A DNA stretch of 64,000 nucleotides from Selaginella moellendorffii. Taxonomy: Eukaryota; Plantae; Lycopodiophyta. A model generated the notes under the pieces. It had not been told where the DNA came from. It did not search any database and saw nothing but the letters and a program-made list of their open reading frames with translations. The stretch lies in the NCBI RefSeq assembly GCF_000143415.4, contig NW_003314349.1:567172-631171 (forward strand), written 5' to 3'. Both the position numbers and the translations under genes were made by a program. Below are positions 55,977-64,000 of the stretch, one piece after another (positions within the stretch are counted from its first letter, which is position 1; each line of letters starts with the position of its first letter).

Positions 55977-56625
55977 CATTTATAACTTGCAAATCTATAT
56001 CACAATTATGCTCTATATCATTAGAAGATAGCAAAATTACAAGAACATAACAAACTATGTAATCATGTTTTACAAAAGTTGAAGATGGTGATACACCAAG
56101 GGTGGGTACACCACCAATATAATCATACCCCACAATACAAAAAATTCAATTTAATGGAGTAGCATCAGCAACCTTAAGTGACATACTCCTTGATCAATGA
56201 TAACATGGTATAACAAAAGAAGAGAATGCAATGAAGATCAAAAGAAAGAGCAAATTTAAACATAGTCATAACTAAAATTCTAGATCTTGCAAAAAATTAA
56301 TATAGATCTAGATCTATAAGAGAATGAAGGAATAAAAATAAAAAACACAATTCCGAATACTAGAGTAAAGCATTGCTAAAATGTTTTGTTATTCAAAGAG
56401 AAATTACAATGCCTTTCATCTTTACTAATGTAAATGTTTGGGATATAGAAATAAGTTTAAATCCCTCCTTGTATACAAGAATGGATGGTGATCCATATGT
56501 TATAGTATTATAATTAATGTATTACTTAGGTAAAATATGTATATAGATAACATATTTACTGACCTTATAATTGAAAATTTATATTATATATATATCTATG
56601 TATGTGTGTGTGTGTGAGAGAGAGA

Positions 56626-59600
56626 GAAAGAGGTCCAAATGTATGGTTATGATGCTATATACTAATTTTAACAACTGTACACTAATATTAATATAGTAGG
56701 ATTTTGATAGCCATTGGATTGACTTTAGTCCAGAAAACTTGCTACTATATATAAGCTATGGTTTTTGGGCTAATTGATATATATATTTTTATATTCTATT
56801 TCTATATTCTATGCACTCACATCGGTGGAAGTGAAGGGCATCTTTAATTTTCCTTAAAGAGTGCTTATTTTGATTTAAATTTAGCTTTTATAGCTTTATA
56901 ACTCACTTTCTTTATAGCTTTTTTAATTTCTTCTCTTTTGTTTTTTCCTTTTTGTTCATCTTCATGGCAGAATAACAACCTCTTCCTCTTTTCACTCTAG
57001 AACAATAATTTGTGCAATTGCTCGATGCTATGCAATTATAGTTGAACAATCAAACTCAATTGATAATAGCATTCATGATGCATGGTATAATTCCTTTTAC
57101 ACTTGTTACTAATCCTTACGTTTAGCTAAAATTCTTCTGTGGGAATTCTAGGGATGATATGTACTATTGGTTTAATCACTTTATGGTGATTGCTATATAT
57201 CATTCTTGGGATAATGTTTAGCATTTATATGAGTTTCCTATATGTTTCCAAGGGACGGCATTGCAGTGGTACAATGGTTTAAGCGTAGCTATTTGTGCGG
57301 ATTAAAGTATTCTTCTGGATTTTTTGAAATACACATTAGACATACCAATGATTATGATGATGCCTTCCAAAAATTGCATTATTTTTATCAAGGGCCATTT
57401 GAGTTAGTGATGGAATTTAGCATTTATTTTCGGAGCCTCTTAGTTTGTGCAAAGTCAAATATGTCAAAGTGGATCAAGTTAGGAATGTTATAATTAACAC
57501 TTTGTCAAGATCTTATAGTATTTATGCATGCACTTCCTCTAGCCACCCTTGATAATATTCTTCGCTTGTTACAACATTATGAAATATTGTCTCTTCCACT
57601 TTTTGTTGCACATCCTTCAGCTCCATTCTTATGGGAGATGGTATTATTCTAATGGAGGTTGATGTTGCTGCTACCCAAGTTCAAGGCAACAAGGAGGATA
57701 TGGTCATGGTTGTGATATTCATTATTGGGTATGTGATGATGTTGGTCATATAATAGCATCATCAATATTTTTTAGATTAGCATCCTCCATTTCTTGAGTG
57801 GAAATCTTGACGTCAACAATGTCCTATTAGTGATGTTGTAATGAAAGGTTTAAACACCAAAATGCTTTTGGGAAACGAAGAGTCACATGAGTAGTAAAGG
57901 GTCCTTACATAAATAAGTTAGTGACCCTCCATCCTTATTTTGAGAGTATCATTAAGGGGTTTATAAGTACCAATTCATATAATGTTTAATTTCCAAGTTT
58001 GTTTTTATAACAAAAGGTTTCCTATTATTCTCTTCATGTTGGTTGATATAGCCTCGAGTTTATCTTCTATTGTTCGACCTATTACTACATGTTCTCGTCT
58101 ACATTTGTATTATATAGTAGAGCTAATTTTCATTCTTTTTGGCAATGACTATACACACGTATGTGTATGGAATAGGGTAGATTTAATTGTGCATGTCACT
58201 GATCTAGAACTTAAGCTTTAGTTATTACATATAGTGTTGAATCAAACTTTTGACCTCATCCTTGGTATAAATTAATTGCAGCACCTTCATGCCAAACGTG
58301 ATTTTGAGGCTTCACCCCTTATCTTATAGTTTTTTATATTTCTTCCATTCCTCTTACTTTTGTTTCTCTTCGTCCTTCTACTTTTACTTCTGTTTCCATC
58401 ACTTTTGTTTCCCCATTGTTTTTTCCTATATTTCTATTTTATTCCTTTATTCACTTTTCTGATGAGCTTATTGTTTTAGTATCTATGGATTTTTTAGACA
58501 AAGATTTCGTGTTGTCACAGTTACCGTATTTGATGTTCAATGTCTATAAGGTATGAAGCAGGATTTAACTTCTCTTGACGAGGGTTATGAGGCTTAAAAG
58601 TTTAACCCATGGATCCAAAGACTTTGGAATATATTTGAGAATTTTGCATCATTTACTGATGACTTGCCATTTTGACATTTACATTCTCAATATCACCTTA
58701 AGGATGACCTTTTTTATTTTGTGGGGATGGATTCTAATGATCATTTATAGCTGGTGGTGCCTTTGAATATTTATTCCATGTTTTCTCCATACCTACTATA
58801 ATTCTCCTATTTTAGGTAGACAAATGGGACATTGTTGTGTAATCGAGAAGCTATATAAGTCTTTTTATTAGTTGAAGATGCAACATGATATTTTTTTGTA
58901 TGTGCATAGTTACATTTGGTGCTAAATTTATAAAACTTTCTCTCTCGTGCTGCAAAAAGATGGTTAGAGTCAATTATAATTTCCCATCCATTTGAGTTTG
59001 TGGCAATTGATATGATGGGGACTTTTTCATTGCCGACTATTGGCAATGAGTATACTATTATTGCTTTTGAATATTTGACTTAGTAGGTGAAAGTTGGTGT
59101 GCTTGCTAGTGCATTTGCAACTGCTATAAGATATTTCTTCTTCAATCGAGTGATGTTTCAACATTCATATCTGGAGCAGATTCTCTCAGATAATGGTCCT
59201 ACATTTATGCCTAAAGCATTTCACATTTTAACATTAGTTAGGGATATGTTGCACTTTCACAAGTGCTATCATGCTAGACAGATGGTTTAGTGTAACGGCT
59301 TGTTTGGACCTTCAAAGGGATGATTGCAAAGTATGTGAACTTTTAGCATTCGAATTGGGATAGTTATTTACCGTTTTTTCAGTATACATATATTATAAGG
59401 GTATAGAGTTTTATTGGTGCTTTATCATATAAAATCTTATATAATCATGATCAAATACTACTAACAGAGTTAAATTTGCCTTCGTGACTGTTACAACAAT
59501 GTTAAATCCTGGGATCAATATTTGATAAGCATTCTTCCACTTATCTAAGCAAAATTTACTGAACAATTAGGCTACGTACAAGTGGGACAACAATAGCACT

Positions 59601-60150
59601 ACAACTCTCATCATCATCTATTTATGGAGTATAAAGTGGATGACTTGGTGTTTGTTTGTTTTCCTAATCTTATGGTACATGGCTTGTCTAAAGGGTTTTT
59701 TGCTTAGTGGAAAAGACTATATTAAATGTTATGGCAAGTTAGACAATAGATTTATAAAGTTTGGCATAACATTCAATAGACTAATCCTCTAAAAATTGTG
59801 CATGTGTAATGGTTGAAATGCTTTGTAGAAAGGGATCATAAACAATTAATACCATATATAAATCCATTGGTGCCTCCTCTTAATGTTCTTCTAGATCCTG
59901 TTCTATCAACCAAAGAACCTTAATTGCCTTTTATCCTTTCGAGAGGAGGGGAAAATGTGAAGTCCAATTATACAATTATAATGCCACATACTAATATAAA
60001 TGGCCATACACTAATATTAGTATAGTAGGATTTTGATAGCCATTGAATTGACTTCAATCCAAAACTCTTACTCCTGTATATAAGATAGGGTTTTTGTATT
60101 TATTAATATGCATATTTCTGTATTTTATTTCCATATTCCATATACACACA
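56626..60150 (+). mobile_element. Degenerate, internally deleted Ty3/Gypsy LTR retrotransposon with ~195-bp LTRs
   Basis: LTRs ~56626-56821 and 59956-60150 share cactaatatta.tatagtaggattttgatagccattg.attgactt and end in CACA; PPT gagaggaggggaaaa at 59941-59955; PBS-like cggtggaagtg after the 5' LTR; integrase PFEFVAIDMMG..EQILSDNGPTF. Confidence 0.85.
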
Positions 60151-61991
60151 GATTTATTCCTTCTTGATTTTAAATTCTTTTCACTTTCTATGTTTAATTC
60201 TTCTGATTAATATTAAATGGAATGGATTAAGAAGGGTTTATTGTTTAAATTATAACTCACTTACCACCAAAAGCCATGTCGAATGAAGAATGTTGAACTC
60301 TGTATGATGCTATTACAGCTACACTTTCAGAAAAAGTAAAGTGCTTGAGCTAGATTCCTTACCAAGCTCATGAACATTCGGCAAGTCTGGCAGGTGTGAC
60401 ACCAACCTTCAAGAGCATATTGCATCTTCTGGAAGCAGTGTGAACTAGTGATTGTCAAGGACATGGACACATATATCCAGCTAATTGTATGAATTGAATA
60501 ATCCTCTGCCTTTACAATTCCAATGGTTTGGCATTTTGAGATCATGGCAGAATAGATAGATTCAATCTAACTTCTTGAAGATGTGTGGCTGATGTCTACT
60601 GCTTCACAGCTGAACTTCTCCAAACATTCAATGCATTGGTTAGCTCTAATTGCTGTCAGTTATTCAATAAGATCCTGGAGCTCGGACTCCTGAGCATCAA
60701 TCATGTGGTACCAATCCAGAAGGCTGGAGATCCATTATGCCCGACCAACTAGTGCACAATCACCATAATTTTGGCTAAGCTCTTGGCAAAGGTAGTCGAG
60801 AAATTACTTGCCACATGGACAGAGTGGCGAGGGTGTATGTAGAGCAGCCAGCCACCAGCTCCCACCTGCATTATTTGTGTATCCACCACTTGATCATGGT
60901 GAGGGTCGCGCTCTGTCACACTCCATCTCAATTAATATATGCATGCTAGGTTGACATTGTCAAGACATTTGATCAAGTCTCACATAGCGAACTCTTTCAA
61001 CGCCTACATGAGCTTGACATCCCTCAAGAGTTGATCATCCAGAGCTCTACTGAAATATCAAAGCGGATGTTTTAGATGAGTTCAGGTGGAGACACGGGGT
61101 GCAACAGGAGTGCCCACTCTCAGACAAATACATTACCACAGTCAACATGCATCAGCAGTTCAGAGGATTCTTGGAAGTTACTGAATGGGACAGCATCAAC
61201 CCATGGACAACCAGTGCACATTCTCTATTGGCTTTATCTGGAGGATGAGGTTGTCTACTAGTTTTTTTCCCACCGTTTTGAGTTTGTTATTCATATAAAT
61301 TCCCACTAAAGAACTAAGATGTCCCACCAAGTGAGAACTGCAATTCTGCCCCACCTGTGTTGAGAGGGTGGAAGATGTAAACCACATTGTCAATGATTGT
61401 GCTACATATAAACACCTTGAAAGGCCACCTATCCCTTCAGGTTCCAACCTTCCATGTCATCCCTGGCTATGCAAGATAGATGATCCAATTGTGCAAATTC
61501 TTGCAGGAGAATGAACTCACACACCAAGACCACAACATAATGCATGCTGGTGGCATCACTACATCAACCACTACACAAGGGGTCACCCAAAAGCACAAGA
61601 GATCTGGAGGAGAGTGGACATTGGGCACACCAGAGGGGGATGCCGCAGAAGACATTAGCTGCCGAACAGCAGAGATGATCATCAGGGCAGCTTGCTTGAA
61701 TTCATCCATGCTTCTTGGGAGCCTTGTAAACAGTATGAATGAGCCTGTCAAAGCTTATAAGACGTGGTCCAACCAAGGGTGCCCACGTGCTTCTTGCTGT
61801 ATGGCCAGCAAGTCACAGCTACATACGATCTACGTTCAAGGCCACTTATCCAATGCTGAGCTGGAGAAGCTTTGTCCTCTTCGCGCGAATGTAAGAATGT
61901 GGGCACCCTTAGCGTAGTTTTCTAGCGCTAGATCTCCCATGCTTTGATCTCCCATTTCCTCCCAAGAGAAGAGAAGGGAGAGATTCGCAAG

Positions 61992-62936
61992 ATGGGCGCA
62001 AGGATCTCCTCCGAGAAGGCCGCTATCGCGGAAGCCAAGGAGCTGACCGAGCTGGAGAAGAAAGAGGGCACCGAGTTCCCAGGCTCGGACTACCGCAGCG
62101 ACAACCACAAGGAATGGATGTCGACGCTGGAGCTGGGAAGGATCAAGGTGAGAGACGTGCTATGGCCGGGAACTCACGACTCCGCCACGGACAAGATTGG
62201 AATCTATGGCGTGTCGCGGCCATTCGCGCAGTGCCAGTCCCTCTCGATCTACAAGCAGCTCTGCCAGGGAGTCCGCGTGTTTGACATCCGGGTGGAGAGC
62301 ACTGGAAGAGTTTGCCACGGCATTCTCAAGAGCTACAAAGCCGACACTGTCATCGCCAGCCTCAAGAAGTTCCTCTCCGAGACGAAGTCCGAGGTGGTGA
62401 TCCTGGAAGTGAGGACCGAGTTTGGCTACGATGATCCTCCCGAGTATGACAAGTGGCTGGTCGACCAGATCGGAGCTGACAACCTCGTCACCCACGACGC
62501 CAACGTTTTCGACAAGACGCTCGAGGAGATCCTGCCCAAGAGAGTGATTTGCATCTGGAAGCCGAGGAAGACCGCGGCCCCATCGCCCGGGAGCTTGCTC
62601 TTCAGCTCGGCCTTCCTCAAGGATAACTGGACCGACACCGATCTTCCACTCGCCAAGTTCAACGCGAACATGAAGCATCTGGGAGAGCATCCGGCGAACA
62701 AGGATCGAAAGTACTTCTATCGCGTGGAGAACACTTGCACGCCGCAGGTGACCAGCGCCATCCTTTGCGTCTATCCGGTGACGAACAGGATCCGGCCGAG
62801 AGCGCGGCTCTTCATCTCGCAGGCTTACAAGAAGGGACTGGGTGATCATCTCCAGATCTTGTCGCAGGACTTTGTCGACGACGATGATCTCATTGACGCT
62901 TGCATTGGAGTGACAAAATCTCGTCAATCCTCGTAA
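61992..62936 (+). CDS. PI-PLC X-domain (PLC-like phosphodiesterase) protein, intronless
   Basis: FPGSDY..WMSTL..WPGTHDSATDKIG..FAQCQSLSIYKQLCQGVRVFDIRV..VCHG. Confidence 0.92.
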   Translation: MGARISSEKAAIAEAKELTELEKKEGTEFPGSDYRSDNHKEWMSTLELGRIKVRDVLWPGTHDSATDKIGIYGVSRPFAQCQSLSIYKQLCQGVRVFDIRVESTGRVCHGILKSYKADTVIASLKKFLSETKSEVVILEVRTEFGYDDPPEYDKWLVDQIGADNLVTHDANVFDKTLEEILPKRVICIWKPRKTAAPSPGSLLFSSAFLKDNWTDTDLPLAKFNANMKHLGEHPANKDRKYFYRVENTCTPQVTSAILCVYPVTNRIRPRARLFISQAYKKGLGDHLQILSQDFVDDDDLIDACIGVTKSRQSS

Positions 62937-63097
62937 GTTTTCGGTTGCTTTTCGGTTTGTATAGATCTAAGATATAAGTTTGTGGATCTATAAGAGCTCA
63001 AGGAGCTCGAGTGGATTTACGAGCGAAAAAGTGTACACTGGATTGGATTCTTCTACGAATAAGATCGATGGAAAGTTTGGCGATCTTTGACGTAACT

Positions 63098-63736
63098 CTA
63101 GCTAGTGTTGGATGCCAGGGATTCTTCTGGCATTTCTTCGTCCAGATCCTCCTCCTCCTTTGGAACTTTGATCCGCGGGTTGAGTTGATCCTTCCACGAG
63201 AATGAAAACTCCACTGGAGCATCGGCCAGTCCCTCGGCTTGAAGCTCCTCCTCGAGCAGCTTGCCGATCTCGTCCGTCATGTCTTGCGGGCTTGGATCGA
63301 GCTGGAGTTGCTCCATCGTTTTCACTTCCACCACCTGGTCGTGTAGCGTGAACTCTGGATCGATGGACTCTGGAGTGTTTGGTTGCAGGGATGCTTTGCC
63401 AGTGACAGCGTCTTGGTTGGACGATCTCGTGAGTTCTTCCAGGTCGAGACCCTTGATCTTCATGGTGCCAATGTTTACTGCCAAGGCAAAGAACGGAAGC
63501 AAAGGTTTTAGCTTCCATAGCTTGTGAGAAAGGTGGCAGCTTTACCGACAGCTCCTTTGTTGGCGAGCGCTGGAAGAAACCTTTGCAAGTGTCTCTCCGC
63601 GTCCTCGTCCGCTTTGAGAGTCTCACACTCGAAAGAGATTTGGAGATGGTTGTTTGGATCGCTCGCCTTCGCTGCTTTGATCACATCCTCTTCCCACCTT
63701 ATCGGAACAATTAAACCACAGCTTAGCTCAAAGAAA

Positions 63737-63776
<40 letters not shown>

Positions 63777-64000
63777 CTCACCCATGAACATCATCCACAT
63801 TGTGGAACCTCGAAGCGTCCTGTCCTCTACACTCGACGATCACGCTCGTCTCCTTCTTAGTCTGGAAAAAAAGAGAGAGAAAAAAAAAAAACAAGAAAAA
63901 CCATGAAAACGGTGCTACAAATCGATCGATCCCATACTCTGTAGTCCAGCAGCGTGAGATTGATGAGACGATAGTCCTCCGCTCGGCTGCATTCTCGCGC
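63098..64000 (-). CDS. 3' part of an uncharacterised conserved plant protein; 5' end lies outside the window
   Basis: Spliced exons DYRLINLTLLDY / KKETSVIVECRGQDASRFHNVDDVHG / WEEDVIK..ISFECETLKADEDAERHLQRFLP / AVNIGTMKIKGLD plus acidic tail; a (GA)n run lies in an intron. Confidence 0.7.

Overview
Eukaryotic nuclear DNA from a very compact land-plant genome. Introns of about 50-70 bp, intergenic gaps often under 100 bp and many intronless PLS-class PPR genes built from short 31-aa repeats point to a lycophyte such as Selaginella (inference). 1-20 kb is a dense block of conserved genes: ORANGE-like, SEC13, Sec1-family MIP3-like, a small membrane protein, mL54, TMEM208/SND2, a NusG/pTAC13-like gene and a class IV HD-ZIP. 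21-51 kb is a rapidly evolving PPR cluster with intact, duplicated and broken copies, interleaved with F-box-associated-like genes, a purple acid phosphatase and plastid L35. 51-60 kb is AT-rich retroelement debris, including a degenerate Gypsy element with both LTRs. A PI-PLC-X gene and an uncharacterised gene end the window. Most notable: (i) an intact, secreted ORF whose N-half aligns by eye to a ribosome-inactivating-protein A chain and whose C-half is a bulb-type (GNA-like) lectin; (ii) a Crinkler/fungal-type REase+kinase pseudogene fused to an RBOH fragment between two copies of a 2.6-kb duplication; (iii) PPR C-termini encoded antisense to neighbouring exons; (iv) HD-ZIP IV 3'UTR motifs with a competing perfect complement; (v) a dimeric tRNA-like direct repeat flanking two pseudogenes. 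All protein-family calls are by-eye motif recognition, not database searches.
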